Origin: the human T2T-CHM13v2.0 reference genome, Homo sapiens
Strand: one strand, 5' to 3'
Length of the DNA: 64,000 nt
Assembly (NCBI RefSeq): GCF_009914755.1
Contig: NC_060947.1
Position numbers and translations under genes: made by a program. The stretch's first letter is position 1. Each line of letters starts with the position of its first letter. Under the pieces are notes generated by a model. That model had not been told where the DNA came from. It did not search any database and saw only the letters and a list, made by a program, of their open reading frames with translations. Positions 29,785-60,980 of the stretch are shown here, one piece after another.

Positions 29785-30295
29785 GTCATTATCACTTCGC
29801 AGAAGGATTAGCTGAAAACAAGCTCAGTTTAATGAGCAAATTTCTGTAATACTTTTTTCATTATTAAATTCAATTATCTCTATCACAGACATTTTACATG
29901 AAAATAATTCCAAGTGTTGGCTTAATTAGGATCATCCTTTTGGTTAGTAATTAAATATGTTTGGTTAGCAAAATAAATAATGAAAAACACATTACTTTGC
30001 TCTCATTCCCCTATAGAAACTTTTGAAATAGTACACAAAATGCATGAAGAAATGAATATAAAACTGCAACTTCTTAAAGCCTATGAAATGTTAAATGTGA
30101 TAGCATTTTTTAACTTATCAAATATTTAGGGGTAAAATGACTATTCATTGTAGGCTAAGTTTCCATGAAATAGACACTCTCATAGATAGCCTGTGGTGAT
30201 ACATACATTTACAAAACAAATTGGCAAAAACCATCAAGAGACTTTGATCTAGTAATTCTATCTCCCTTTATCTATACAAAGAAAGTAAGAAAGTA

Positions 30296-30727
<432 letters not shown>

Positions 30728-31190
30728 TAAACAAGGATGCATACAAGTCATACAATATCATACCAACCATTAAATTTTAAAAGTTCAAATAATATGGAAA
30801 ATAGCTCATACTACAATGCTAACCAAAAATAGCAGGCTATAAACTGTCTATGAAGTATGATGACAATTATGTTTAAAATTGCATTAAAATATTGCTAATA
30901 AATATACCCCAAAAATATCTTTAGTAAGTAATATCTAGCTAATATTACAGAAGATATTTTTCTTCTACCTTTTTGGTACATAATACACTCATTGCTTTCA
31001 TGCAGGAAAAGTTTTATTTTCTTTAATTCATAGACTTTTCTTTAAAATTTGAGAAATAAAGACATGTATGACGCAAAACTAATTTAAAATTAAAAACATC
31101 ATTTTTCTAAGATTCTTCAAGGTAATTCAATTCCATTTAAGAAATTACTCACATGTGCGTGTGTTTCCAGTTTCAAAATCATCATGTTTA

Positions 31191-31531
<341 letters not shown>

Positions 31532-32972
31532 TTAATACCTATAATTTCAGTTTTAAATTAAACAGTAATTAACGATTTTGACTTTTCACTAATTCAAGAG
31601 ATTCTGTTCATACCTGCTTTACTTACAAGTTTACTACTCACTGAAGTGTTGAAAACCTCCTAACATGTGTCCTTATCAAACAGAATTACGAGAAATCTTT
31701 TCCAAAGCCAATGGAAACCAAAAAAGTGCAGAAGTGGCTATACTAATATAAGACAAAATAGATTTCAAGACAAAAACTATAGGAAAAGCCAAAGAGGGTC
31801 ACTATATAATGATAAAGCAGTCAATTCAGCAAGAGGATGTAACCATTTTAAACATAAATGCACCCAACACTGGAGCACTCACATATATAAAGCAAGTATT
31901 ATTAGAGCAAAAGGGAGAGACAGGCCCCAATATGATAAAACTTGGAGACTTCAATATCCCACTTTCAGCATTGGACAGACCTTCCAAAGAAAACCAACAA
32001 TGAAGCATCAGACTTAATGTGCATTAGAGGCCAAATGGACCTAATAGATATTTACAGAAAAATTCATCCAAGGGCTGCAGAATACACATTCTTCTCCTCA
32101 GCCCATGGATTATTCTCAAGGATAGAACATATGTTAAGTAACAAAACAAGTCTTAAGACATTAAAAATATTGAAATAATATCAAGCATCTCCTCTGATAA
32201 CGGAATAAAACTAGAAATCAATAATGAGAAATTTTGAAAAGTATACAAATACATGTAAATTAAACAATATGTTCTTGAATGATCAGTAAGTCAATGCAAA
32301 AATTAAGAAGAAAATTGGAAAATTCATTGAAACAAATGATACTGAAACACAACATACCAAAACCTATGGGATACAGCAAAAGCATTACTAAAAGGGAAGT
32401 TTATAGCTGTGAGTGCCTACATGAAAAAAGAAGAAATACTTCAAATAAACAACCTAACAACACATCTTAAAGAATAAGAAAAGCAAGAGTAAACCAACCC
32501 CAAAATTAGAAGAAATAATAAAGATCAGAGTGAAGCAAACGAAACTGAAATAAAGAAAATAATACAAAATATCAATAAAACAAAATGTTGGTTTTTGTAA
32601 AAGTTAAAAGAAAATTTAAAAACCTTTGGCCAGAGTAAAAAAAAAAAAAGAAAAAAAAAAGAAGATCCAAATATATAAACCAGAGATGAGAATGGAGACA
32701 TTACAATGATAACCAATACTGCAGAAATAAAAAGGTTCATTCATGGCTACTATGAAAAACTATATGCTAATGAACTGGAAAACCTAGAAGAAATGGACAA
32801 ATTCCTAGACACAATCTACCAAGATTGAACCATGAACAAATCTGCAACCTGAACACAGCTATAACAAATAACGAGATTGACACCATAATAAAAATTCTCC
32901 CAGTAAATAAAAGCCTGGGACCTGATGGCTTCACTGCTGAATTCTACCAAACATTTAAAGAAGATCTAATAC

Positions 32973-33924
32973 TGATAGAGGCAGGAGGCAGAGAAATTCT
33001 AGGAAGACAAGGGCAGTCCCTGGTGAAACCCCACGTTCAAGCCAAAAAGCCTGAAACCCACAGCCCAAAGTGAAAACTTCTATTCCTGTTTGTCCGCTCT
33101 CTCCCGATTGGTTCTGTTTGAATAATGTCTCTTTACCAATAGAATGTTGCCTTTTCCAAAACTTCTACAGCCTGCCCCGCCCCCATCCTGTGCTTATAAA
33201 GAGGATCCTATGCTTATAAAGACCCCAGATTCAGTTGGTAGAGAGGAGAGAAACAGCTTAATTTCGGAGAGAAGATGGCCAAACTTTGGGAAAGGAGACA
33301 GCATGACTTAGGGAAGAAACGGCCGGACTTCAGGGAGATCAGCCCTTCCCATCCCCTCTCCAGCTCCCCTCTCCACTGAGCCATTCCCACTGCTCAATAA
33401 AATTCTTCACCTTCACCATCCTTCAAGTGTCCACTCAACCTCATTCTTCTTGGATGCCAGACAAGAGCTCAGGACCCACTGAGTGCAGGTACCCAAAAAA
33501 GACTGTCACACCAGCCCTTTGCCCTCACCAGTGGAGGGCAGCCACCCCACATGACAAGGCAAGAGGCCAACTTGTTAACACACAGCCATCAGCAGACAGC
33601 AGAACTAAAGGAGCACTGTTAACACCCCCTCAGGGGCCTCGGGGTCACAGACACCACCCCCCTCCCCATCAACCTGGGTGCTGTGCACAGGCCTGCTCCT
33701 GCTGGTGCTCAGAACAGCTGGGTCCCACACTCACTCGCTTGTGCCTGGTCTGGCCGTGGTCCCTGCACAGGGCTTGCTGCTGTGTCAGTGCCCCCACCAG
33801 CTGGCCAGGTCCCGCACTCACTCACTCACATGCACCCTCCAACAAGGGGTTGAGCACGGCAGGCTGAGTAAACATTCGCCCCTGTCACAAGTCCAACAAA
33901 GGGGCCGAGAAAATTCCTGCATCA
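32973..33924 (+). mobile_element. ERV1 solo LTR (LTR1/HUERS-like), 952 bp
   Basis: TG...CA ends, perfect 4-bp TSD atac (32969-32972 and 33925-33928), CCAAT boxes, TATA-like cttataaa, AATAAA near 33396; interrupts L1 ORF2. Confidence 0.85.
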
Positions 33925-35136
33925 ATACTATTCCTACTCAAACTATTCCAAAAAATAAAAGGAAGCAATACTTCCAAACACATTCTGTGAGGCCAGTATT
34001 ACCCTGTTACCAAAACCTGACAAAAACACATCAAAAAAAGAAAATGACAGGCCAATATCTCTGATAAATATTGCTGCAAACATCCTCAACAAAATACTAG
34101 CAAATCAGACACATTAAAAAGATCATTCATCGTAACCAGGTGGAGTTTATCCCTTGGATGCAAGAGGGGATCAATATATGCAAATCAATGTGATACATCA
34201 TATCAACAGAATGAAGAACAAAAACCATATTATATCAATTGATGCTTAAAAACTATTTGATAATATTCAACATTCCTTCATGATAAAAACCCTCAAAAAA
34301 ATGGGTTTAGGAGGAACATACCTCAACATAATAAAAGCCATATACAACACACCCACAACTGGTATCAAACTGAGGGGAAAAACTGAACGCCTTTCCTCTA
34401 AGATCCAGATCACGACAAGAATGCCCACTTCCAGCAGTTACTCAACATAGTACTACTGGAAGTCCTAGCTACAGCAACCAGACAAGAGAAAGAAATAAGG
34501 GAAAGGAAGAAGTCAAATTACCCTTATTTGCAGATGATATGATCTTATATTTAGAAAAACCTACAGACTCTACAAAAAAACTATTAGAACGGATAAACAA
34601 ATTCAGTAAACTGTCAGTATAAAAAATCAATATACAAAAATCAGCAGCATTTCTAAACATTGACAGTGACCAATCTGAAAAGCAAACTGAATGAAATTGA
34701 AGAGGACACCAAAAAATGTAAAGATATTTCATGTTCATGGACTGGAAGAATCAATATTGTTAAACTGTCCATACTATCCAAAGCAATCTATAGATTCAAT
34801 GCAATCCCTATCAAAATACCAATGACACTCTTCACAGAAATAGAAAAAACAATCCTAAAACTTACACGGAACTACAAAAGTTCCAGAATTCCCAAAACTA
34901 TACTAAGCAGAAAGAACAAAACTGGAAGAATCACATTATCAGACTTCAAATTATACTACAGAGTTATAGTAACCAAAACAGCATGATTCTGGCATAAAAG
35001 CAGACACATAAACCAATGGACAGAATACAGAACTCAGAAACAAATCCACACATCTACGGTGAACTCATTTTCTATTTCTAGAAAGGTGCCGAGAACATAT
35101 GCTGGGGAAAAGAAAAAGGCTCAATACATGATGCTG

Positions 35137-37632
<2,496 letters not shown>

Positions 37633-38694
37633 TTAAAGAATTTTATCTAAAACTTCAATTTATGAATCCTCTACAAGAAAACATTGGGGAAACTCTCTAG
37701 GCCATTAGTCTGGGCAAAATTTTCTTGAACCATACCCCACAAGCACAGGTAACCAAACAAAACTTGACAAATGGGATCACATCAAGTTAAAAAGCTTTTG
37801 CATAACAAAAGAAACAATCAACAAAGTGAACAAACAACCCAAAGAATGGGAGAAAGTATTTGCAAACTATCCATCTAACAAGCGATTAATAACCAGAATA
37901 TGTAAGTAGCTCAAACAACTCTACAGAATAAAAATCTAATAATCCAATCAAAAATGGGCAAAAAATGTGGATACACATTTCTCAAAAGAAGACATACAAA
38001 TTGCAAATAGGCATATGAAAAAGCATTCTACATCACTGATCATCAGAGAAATGCAAATCAAAGCTACCATGAGATACCATCTTGCCTGAGTTGAAATGGC
38101 TTATATCCAAAAGACAGGCAATAACAAATGTTGGCAATGATGTAAAGAAAAGAAAATCCTCATACACAGTTGGCAACAACGTGAAATAGGACAACCACTA
38201 CGAAGAACAGTTTGGAGGTTCCTTATAAAACTAAAAATTGAGCTACCATATGATCCAGCAATCCAGCTGCTTGGGTATACACCAGAAATAAAGCAAATCA
38301 GCATATCAAAGGGATACCTGCATTCCCATGTTTATTACAGCACTGTTCCCAATAGCCAGGTTTGGATGCAACCTAAGTATCCATCAAAAGAGATGAATGG
38401 ATAAAGAAAATGTGGTAGTTACACAAAATGGACTACTATTCAGCCATAAAAAAGAATGAGATCCCGTCATTTGCAACAACATGGATGGAACTAGAGGTTA
38501 TTATGCTAAGTGAAATAAGCCAGGCACAGAAAGACCAACATTGCATATTCTCACTTATTTGTGGAATCTAAAAATCAAAACAAACTCATGGAGACACAGA
38601 GTAGAAAGAAAAGAGAAGTGCGAGGGGGGGCAAGATGTGGTGACGTTTAATGGGTACAAAAAAAAAAACAGTTGGAAAGCATGAATAAGACCTA

Positions 38695-39054
<360 letters not shown>

Positions 39055-39607
39055 TTAATTAATCTAATTAATCATTTGAGGTCAGGAGTTTGAGATCAAA
39101 TTAATGTATTATTTACTGTATTAAATTAATTGTACATTTTTTAATACCTGAAAGAATAAAATTGGATTGTTTTTCAACTCAAAGGATACATGCTTGAGGG
39201 GATGGACAGCCCATTTTACATGATGTGATTAGTACACATTTCATGCCTGTCTCAGAATCTCATAAATCCCATAAATATATACACCTACTATGTACCCACA
39301 ATTTTATTTTTTGTTTAAATTTCATGCCTTAATTTTACTCCCAAATGTGATACGAGCCCATATACATTTCCTCCATGCCACCAAATTTCAACCACTTAAA
39401 AAGCATCTCTTAGGGTAAATGCTGGAATTTTTTGTAAAGGGTCCACATGTCTTTGGTTTTCTTACTAACCTTACCAAATTCTAACATGTACATTTAATGC
39501 ACACTGACCTCATTTAAAACTTATAAGAACCTTATTACAGGAAACTGAGGCTCAGAAAGACATTTATTTGCTGAATAAAATAAAGGAGTTAAATAATTTG
39601 CACTTCC

Positions 39608-39926
39608 GGCTGGGTGCAGTGGCTCACACCTATAATCCCAGCACTTAGGGAGGCTGAGGTGGGAAGATGATTTGAGCCCAAGAGTTTGAGACAAGCCTGA
39701 ACAACATAGTGAGATCCCATCTCTACAGAATTTTTTTAAATTAGCCGGCTGTGGTGGCACGTGCCTGTAGTCCCAGCTACTCAGGAGGCTGAGGTGGGAA
39801 GATTGCTTGACCCTAGGAAGTCAAGGCTACAGTGAGTCAGGATCAAGCCACTGCACTCCAGCCTAGGCGATACAGTGACACCCTGTCTCCAAAAAAAAAA
39901 AAAACAATAAATAATAATAATAATAA
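39608..39926 (+). mobile_element. AluJ
   Basis: Dimer; TSD aataattt(g/t)cact. Confidence 0.88.
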
Positions 39927-40113
39927 TTTTCACTCCTAAATACTAAGTGGAAAATCAGGAAGTCTATCTCCAATCAAAAGCCTACTCTATACTGCATCCT
40001 TTCAGGGAAATCAAGGCACAGTCACTAATGGAATTTAATGAGTAGAAAAGTACTTACCCTAGTAGATAATCATCAAAACTAACAATATGTTTTTTTTGTT
40101 TCTCTTTTGTGTC

Positions 40114-40407
40114 TTTTTTTTTTTTTTTTTTTTTTGGAGACAGGGTCTTACTCTGTCACCCATGCTGGAGTTCAGTGGCACAATCTCGTCTCACTGCAAC
40201 CTCCGCCTCCCAGGTTCAAGTGATTGTCCTGCCTCAGCCTCCTAAATAGCTGGGATTACAGGTATGCGCCCCAACGCCCGGCTAATTTTTATATTTTCAG
40301 TAGAGACGGGTTTCACCATGTTGGCCTGGCTGGTCTCAAACTCCTGGTCTCAAGTGGTCTGCCCGCCTCAGCCTCCCAAGGTGCTGGGATTACAGGCATG
40401 TTCCCGA
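40114..40407 (-). mobile_element. AluS
   Basis: Reverse dimer; TSD aaaactaacaatat. Confidence 0.9.
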
Positions 40408-40539
40408 CTAAAACTAACAATATTTAAATGGACGAAGGATAAGCTAAGATATCCATAAAAGCACTTTCAGGTAATACAGCATACTTTTTCATCTTTGTTC
40501 TTTGCCATCTTTGTTACTGTCTTATTTACATTTGCAATT

Positions 40540-40990
40540 TTTTTAATTTTTTATTTCCACAGGCTTCTGGGGAATACGTGGTATTTGGTTACACGAGTAA
40601 ATTCTTTAGTGGTAATTTCTGAGATTTTGTTGCACCCATCTCCCAAGCAGTACACATGAACCCAATTTGTAGTCTTTTATCCCTCATCTCCTTCCTACCC
40701 TTTCCCTCTGAGTCCCCAAAAGCCACTGTGTCATTCTTATGCCTTTGCATCCTTATAGCTTAGCTCCTACTTATGAGCGAGAACATAACGATGTTTGGTT
40801 TTCCATTCCTGAGTTACTTCACTTAGAATAATAGTCTCCAATCCCATCCAGGTTACTGCAAATGCCATTAATTCATTCATTCTTATAGCCGGGTAGTATT
40901 CCATCATATATATATAATCAGATATATATACATAATCAGATATATATATATATAATCAGATATATATATATCAGTTTCTTTATCCACTCA
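40540..40990 (-). mobile_element. L1PB1-like 3' end fragment with AT-rich minisatellite
   Basis: L1PB-type 3'UTR; TSD catttgcaatt; atataatcagatatat repeated three times at ~40910-40975. Confidence 0.8.
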
Positions 40991-41322
40991 TTTGCAATTA
41001 TTTAATTTTTAAATAAAACACTTTATAAACACATAAAATTATGAGATCTCTAGTTATATTTCTCATGCCTAAGCCACTGTGCTTACCACACTATCCAAAT
41101 AAGTACAGCAACTAAACATAGGGTGCTAATAATAAGAAAAACAAATTATTTTAAAACTAATTCTTAAAACATCCAATTGAAAGCAGAACCTGATCCTCAC
41201 AAAGACTAAGACCTGGAAGGTATTTCACAAGAATTTCCAACAAAGGAGAACATCAAAAATAAGCCCACAGACACCTATGACAGTTTACGTGAGGTTATTT
41301 TTACTAAAAGTAAGAAAAAACG

Positions 41323-41632
41323 GGCCAGGCAAGGTGGCTCATACTTGTAATCCCAGCACTTTGGGAGGCCGAGGTGGGTAGATCACCTGAGGTCAGGATT
41401 TCAAGACCAGCCTGGCCAACATGACGAAACCCCATCTCTATCAAAAATATAAAAAAAATTAGCCAGATATAGTGGCGGGCACCTGTAATTTCAGCTACTT
41501 GGGAGGCTGAGGCAGGAGAATTGCTTGAACCTGGGAGGCAGAGGTTTTAGTGAGCCGAGATTGCGCCACTGCACTCCAGCCTGGGGAAGAAGCGCAAAAC
41601 TCCATCCCAAAAAAAAAAAAAAAAAAAAAAAA
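41323..41632 (+). mobile_element. AluSx-like
   Basis: Dimer with A tail. Confidence 0.9.
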
Positions 41633-42390
41633 ATTTTTTAAAAAAAGAAACAAACAAAACTCACCAGGCAGCTATAATATGTAAGGATTTTGGAGGTCCT
41701 CACTTCTATCCTGACAAGAAAAAACGCTGAGAAAACTGAAAATCAGTAATTTATCTTAGATCAATCCAAAAACTGAGGTCACAAGGCAAACCACCACCAA
41801 AAAAAACTAGAAAGACAGATACAGAATATCACAGCTTTCCTAGAACAGAAACACTCAAGTAGAAACTGACAACTTCTGGAGGCCAAATATGGATTAGTTT
41901 GAGAGTTTAAAAATCCTGACATCCCAGTCTTAGAGGGGCCCCTACACTTTCCTAGGTTTTACCTCCAGGAATCCTACAAGGGTTTTAGTATGTTTTCACT
42001 GCAAATATTTGAGGAAAATTTCCTTGTGCCTTGAGCAGGAGGAGAGGAAAGAAACTATATTCAAATATGCTCACACCATTATCTACCAAGAGGAAAGACA
42101 ATTAGAAAACCCCCGAGGCTTATAGCCTTCCTGTCTCATCTAAGTGGGAGGGCAAGGGCTAAGAAACACTTCTGAGAGTCACAATTCAGGGACTCAGGAC
42201 CAATTAAAAAAAAAAGAAATGACATTTAATCATGAGATTACAAAACACTTCCCCTCCCTAATTCCTTACCACTACATCAATAGGGTTCCAGTGTAATAAC
42301 AGTGAATGACAACTGAGACAGCAGCAAGACAGATTCTCAGGGAAACTCAAAAGACAAATGGGGAGGAAAAAAATTAAAACAAAGAAACTA

Positions 42391-42590
42391 GGCCAGGCAC
42401 AGTGAATCACGCCTATAATCCCAGCCCTTTGGGAGGCCGAGGAAGGTAGGATTGCTTGAGCTCAGGAGTTCGAGACCAGCTTGGGGAACATTAGCAAGAT
42501 CTCATCTCTACTACAAATAAAAATAAAAGTGAGAGGCTCACTTGAGCCCAGGAGGTCAAGACCAGCCTGAGCAACATAGTGAGACCCTGT

Positions 42591-42625
<35 letters not shown>

Positions 42626-42797
42626 GTCACATGTGGTAGTGTGAGTCTGTCATCCTAGCTACTCCAGAGACTGAGGTAGGAGAATCACTTGAGTCTGGGA
42701 GATCAAGGCTGCAGTGAGCCACAGTCACACCACTGCACTCCAGCCCAAGCAAGAGAGTAAGACTTTGTCTCAAAAAATTTAAATTTAAATTTAAAAA
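42391..42797 (+). mobile_element. Composite AluJ with (CA)n in linker
   Basis: Left arm, partial second left arm, (CA)n at ~42595-42623, right arm. Confidence 0.82.
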
Positions 42798-42813
42798 AGT
42801 AAAGTCATGGCTA

Positions 42814-43560
<747 letters not shown>

Positions 43561-43999
43561 TGTACATATAGAGGGTTTTATTTTTTTTTGGATATAGAGT
43601 TTTGTTGGGGATGATGAAAAAGTTTTGGGCATAGGTAGTAATGATCATGATACATTATAAATATATTTAATGCCACTGAATTGTACACTTAAAAATAATT
43701 AAAGTGATAAATATTAGACCAACTAAGAAGAAAAGGCAGTAAGTTCTTCATTCTGATAGATAAGTGGAAAATAAACCAACAAACCCATCCAACATCAACT
43801 CTAATCCTCCTAATCAAGACAGGTAGAGTAGTTCAGATTTTCTAACCTAATGTTCTAATCTTTTCTAACCTTTATGGTGCTCCCTCAGCCCTGATTTTCT
43901 CTGCTACAAAATGTTCCACAGAACCACTTTAAGTAGCAATTCTAGCGGAAACCTCATCTGGGTGGACAAAGGAGAAGCAGGATTGGGCAGAAAGAAAAC

Positions 44000-46260
<2,261 letters not shown>

Positions 46261-46264
46261 TTCT

Positions 46265-47870
<1,606 letters not shown>

Positions 47871-48367
47871 ATCATCAACAAAACATAAATTCCTTTGAGA
47901 ATGTTTAGAAATGAAGCATAAAACCCTCTTTTCATTAATTAAAAAAAGACAACTAGAGTTCCTAGTCTGTATATACTTATTGTATTTGAGCATCTTGCCC
48001 TAGATACATGTAACCTAACAATATCACAGTCTTACCACCTAAAACTACATATCACTCCTTGTCCGTCTGGTTAAACTTATTTATTTTCAGATGATGGTTC
48101 TATTCCTGGAGAATCTAAATTAGTACACACTCTCAAAATGCAAATTCCTATATTCAACTATTAAATGGTTTTCTTATCAAAATGGCAAATATCCTGATTT
48201 TCTAAATTTCTGGTCTGGCTTTAACATCAACAAAAGTCCTATAGGTCTGTTTCTTTCAACAGGCTAATGCCTTAGGGGAAAGAACAGTCATAATCTGGGA
48301 TTAATAACATAAGCAAATAGATTTAAGAGACACAATTTTCTAATTGTACATGATTTTTTGAAAAACC

Positions 48368-48657
48368 CTTTTTTTGAGATGGAGTCTTGCTCTGTGGCCC
48401 AGGCTGGAGTTGCAGTGGCGCGATCTCGGCTCTACTGCAACCTCCACCTCCCGGGTTCAAGCAATTCTCCTGCCTCAGCCTCCTGAGTAGCTGAGACTAC
48501 AGGCGCACACCACCACGCCCGGCTAATTTTTGTATTTTTAGTAGAGATGAGGTTTCACCATGTTGGCCAGGATGGTCTCGATCTCCTAACCTCGTGATCC
48601 ACCCGCTTCGGCCTCCCAAAGTGCTGGGATTACAGGCGTGAGCCACCGCGCCCGGCC
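48368..48657 (-). mobile_element. AluSc-like
   Basis: Reverse dimer; TSD tgaaaaaa(c/t)cctttt. Confidence 0.9.
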
Positions 48658-48801
48658 TGAAAAAATCCTTTTACAGCATCTGTGTAGCATTAAAATTTCA
48701 AAACAAAGGCCACTCATGTCAAATTCACAAGTATCTCTTGCCTCGAAAACTTCCATTTAACCTCTTCTGGAACTGACATAAAGGATTTTAACACAAAATC
48801 A

Positions 48802-49087
48802 GCCAGACGCAGTAGATCATACTTGTAATCCCAGCACTTTGAGAGGCCAAGGCAGGCAGATCACCTAAGGTCAGGAGATCAGGACCAGCCTGGCCAACAT
48901 GGTGAAACCCCATCTCTACTAAAAATACAAAAATCAGCCGGGTGTGGTGGCACACACCTGTAATCCCAGCTACTTGGGAGGCTGAGGCATAAGAATTGCT
49001 TGAACCCCGGAGAAGGGGGTTGCAGTGAGCTGAGACTGCGCTACTGCACTCCAGCCTGAGCTATAGAGTGAGACTGTCTCAAAAAAA
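48802..49087 (+). mobile_element. AluS
   Basis: Dimer; TSD ttaac(a/c)caaaatcag. Confidence 0.9.
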
Positions 49088-50116
49088 GGGGGCGGGGGAC
49101 TTAACCCAAAATCAGAGTTAACTTCTATTCAAGAGCACATTCATTTACTCATTTTATAATATTTACACCAAATGCTGAATATATTCTTGGCACTTGGTAT
49201 TGAAATAAAAAACAGATAAAACCTGACCTCAAGGAGCTCACAATCTAATAGTAAAGACAAGCCATTAAGCAGCCCAGGGGTAATCTAGGGTAGAAAAGGG
49301 GGATCCATCTCTCTGTGAATTTCCTAATGTTTTCTAAATTTCTGACTATATCTAATCTTTATATAGTTTCCTTTAAGTGTTAAAACTCTCACCTTATTTC
49401 CAACACCTGCTAACCTCCATTTTAAGAAACAAAGTTTGCTAGAGAGTCAAGACTTTCCTGAAGAATAACTTGGGAAAGCAAATATATATTATTATGCAAA
49501 GAATACTTAATCCTGGTTTAAATAAGAGTCTGATTTCACCTTTGATAAAGAAGGGGAGAAGAACAAAATCTAGGTTTCCTGACAGAAAATAATCATGCAT
49601 TCCTATACCTGTAGCTAAATATCCCAGTGCTTTAACTAAACCCATCTACAAATCATTAGAGTAATCATTTAATTTGGGGCCCACTATTCAATTATTTTTC
49701 TGATCCATGCATTTATTGTATATAAATTTAAAATAAAACAATATAAGAAAGTTTTCCATGTACTGATATATGGAAAGCTTCTCAAGACACATTAAGTGGA
49801 AAAAGCAAAGGGGAGGCAAGTGTACATAACATGCCACCTTTTATGGTATAAAGGGGAATGATTAAAGATCTGTGGTTAACTGCTACTGAACACACAAAGA
49901 ACTCTGGAAAGATAGGTTAGGCATCAGTAGCAGTGATTGGGCTGGGGGGTGGTAAGCTGCTGGCAGCTGTGGGAACAGAGAACAGGGAAGTGGGGGAAAT
50001 TTCTAACTTTTATACTTTATACCTTTAAAAATATCTTTTATACCTTTTGGTGTTCAAACCATATAAATATTATTTCTTATTCCAAAAATAATTAAATAAA
50101 AAGAAGATAACATTGA

Positions 50117-51035
<919 letters not shown>

Positions 51036-51193
51036 CCACTACTCAATTTTGAGGAAGCACAAAGAAACAAATCACTCCAGATAAAAATAAAGCTTATTTC
51101 CCTAATCAATAAAAATGAAATCAGACAAATTCTACAATGCAAGCACTAGCTAGACAGAGTTTTGAAAAATGCTAATTAAAATCTGAAATAATA

Positions 51194-51878
51194 CAGTAAT
51201 CCCACTTTGTCCATGGTTGTTTTGCTTTCCATGAATTCAGTTACCTGTGGTCAACTGCAGTCCAAAAATATTAAACGGAAAATTCCAGAAATAAACAATT
51301 GGTAAGTTTTAAACTGCACGATTCTGAGTAGTGTGACAAAATCTTGCACTCTCCTGCTCTGTCCAGCCGTGGACATGAGACATCCCTTTGTCCAGTGTAT
51401 ACATGCTATATACGCTGCCTGCCCATTAGTCATGGACACTGTCTGCTCCTGACAACCAGCAACAGACATCATCAGGACGTGATGATTCAGGACCACCCAA
51501 GCAGATGATCCTCCTTCTGATGTAACACCAGAAGGTCTCATGCTGCATTACAATGCCTAACATAATTCACCTACCTTCATCACATCACATAAGCATTTTA
51601 TCATCTAACATCATCATCATAAGGGTGAGTACAGTACAATAAGATATTTTGAAACCAAATTCACATAAATTTTATTACAGTATATTGTTATAATTGTTCT
51701 ATTTTATTATAGTTATTGTCAGTCTCTCACTGTGCACAATTTATAAGTTAAACTTTATCATAAATATGAGTGTACAGGAAAAAAACATAAGTGTATATAG
51801 GATTCAGTACTATCCACAGTTTCAGGCATCCATTGGGGTCTTGGAACTTATCCCGTGTGAATAAGGGGAGACTATGGT
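51194..51878. mobile_element. MER44/Tigger7-type DNA transposon relic
   Basis: cagttacctgtggtcaactgcagtccaaaaatatt and ttcaggcatccattggggtcttggaac motifs; TA-flanked. Confidence 0.78.
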
Positions 51879-52069
51879 AGTATTAAATTTATTACACAAA
51901 CGATGAAATCATCATGCCCGGGGCAAAAGATACACAAACGTATAACACCACCTTTGAAAACAGAGTGTTTACTTTATCATTAGAATGTAATAAACTTGTT
52001 CTACATAATAGACACCTAAGGGAGGAGGTATAAACATATTTTATTAACGCGCATAGTAACTTCCATATC

Positions 52070-58634
<6,565 letters not shown>

Positions 58635-58799
58635 TATATCTTTTGATATATACATCATATCATGAAATTTATGCTCTTTTTATGAAATCCATACTCTTAT
58701 AAATTCAGCATCCAACTGTTAAATGCATCCACTCTGAAAAATAGATGTCTACACTAGACATCTCATGAAATCTTCATCTTGGTATTGTCTCCACTGCAC

Positions 58800-58880
58800 A
58801 CATGAAGAAACAACTCAGATGCTGGGTAAATTTCCCAAGGTTACACAGCAAGAGAACTGGATGTGAACCCAAATCTGACA
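58800..58880 (+). mobile_element. MIR core fragment
   Basis: gaagaaac...cccaaggttacacagc...tgaacccaaatctgac. Confidence 0.6.
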
Positions 58881-59181
58881 CCACATCATGCAATTCCAAA
58901 TTAAATCAAGTTGAGACTAGAGCTTAAACTGTCTGAATTTTATTCCAAAGGATTGGAGATGAATCCATTTCTCCACCATTTCCTTTCTCCGAAACTAAAA
59001 AATATCAGATGCAAATGGAACTCTTACTGAAATTAAATGGCAATCTCTAAATGATGAATAATCTCTAAATAGATAATAAATAAAATAATCTCTAAATCAA
59101 AAAATATTCTTTGAAAAACTCCTCTAACGCTGGAAAAACAATGGGTAAGCAATAACATAGTTTGGCTGGTTCCATTTGTAA

Positions 59182-59480
<299 letters not shown>

Positions 59481-59564
59481 TTGACTTATCTTTAAACATG
59501 GGAACAGTGACACCTCATTCAATCTCTTCTTTCCTATAATAATATTCCAACTATGAAAATTTTA

Positions 59565-59955
<391 letters not shown>

Positions 59956-59979
59956 GTGTGAAGTGCAAAATAGAAGTTA

Positions 59980-60335
<356 letters not shown>

Positions 60336-60980
60336 TTAACAAAACGAAATGGTTACTGCTTTATAATCTTTTCTTTCCATTAAGATACTGTGAATATTTT
60401 TCTGCATCATTAAATATTCTTCTAAAACATCATTTTTAGTGGCAGCACAGTATTCCATGACGTAAAGCTGCCATTTCTTTTTCAAGCTAATGGAACTTAA
60501 AGATGGGACATTCTTTGGTTGCATAACTGCAGCTGCCTACTAATAAGATACATAACATGGCTGTTAAATTTTAAATTTATTTATTCAGATCAGAAGCACT
60601 ACAATAAAAAATAGGCAATGTGAGTTGACTATTACAAAAGATTCACTGAGAAAAATAAGCTGACATTTTATATTCACTTAAATAATTACCAATGCTTCCT
60701 TATGCTTTTGACTTTAAGTATTAAATTACAGTTATCTACACAAAAACATCGACCAGGATGAAGAACTGCAGAACAAGAACATTCTCAAACTGCCAGTGGA
60801 AGTATAAATCAGAAGAACCATTAGGGAGAAAGAAACTCTAGCATATGTGCAAAGGAGACATGTTTAAGAATGCTCATGAGAACAGTCTTTAGTAGCACCA
60901 AATTCGTAAAAAAAAAAAACAACAACTATCCACCAGTAGCAAACTATTATCTATATAACTTAATACTAAACAGGAGTGAA

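Noticed and set aside
58743-58763. 9-bp perfect inverted repeat agatgtcta-cac-tagacatct
   Set aside because: Short, isolated and plausible by chance in 64 kb.
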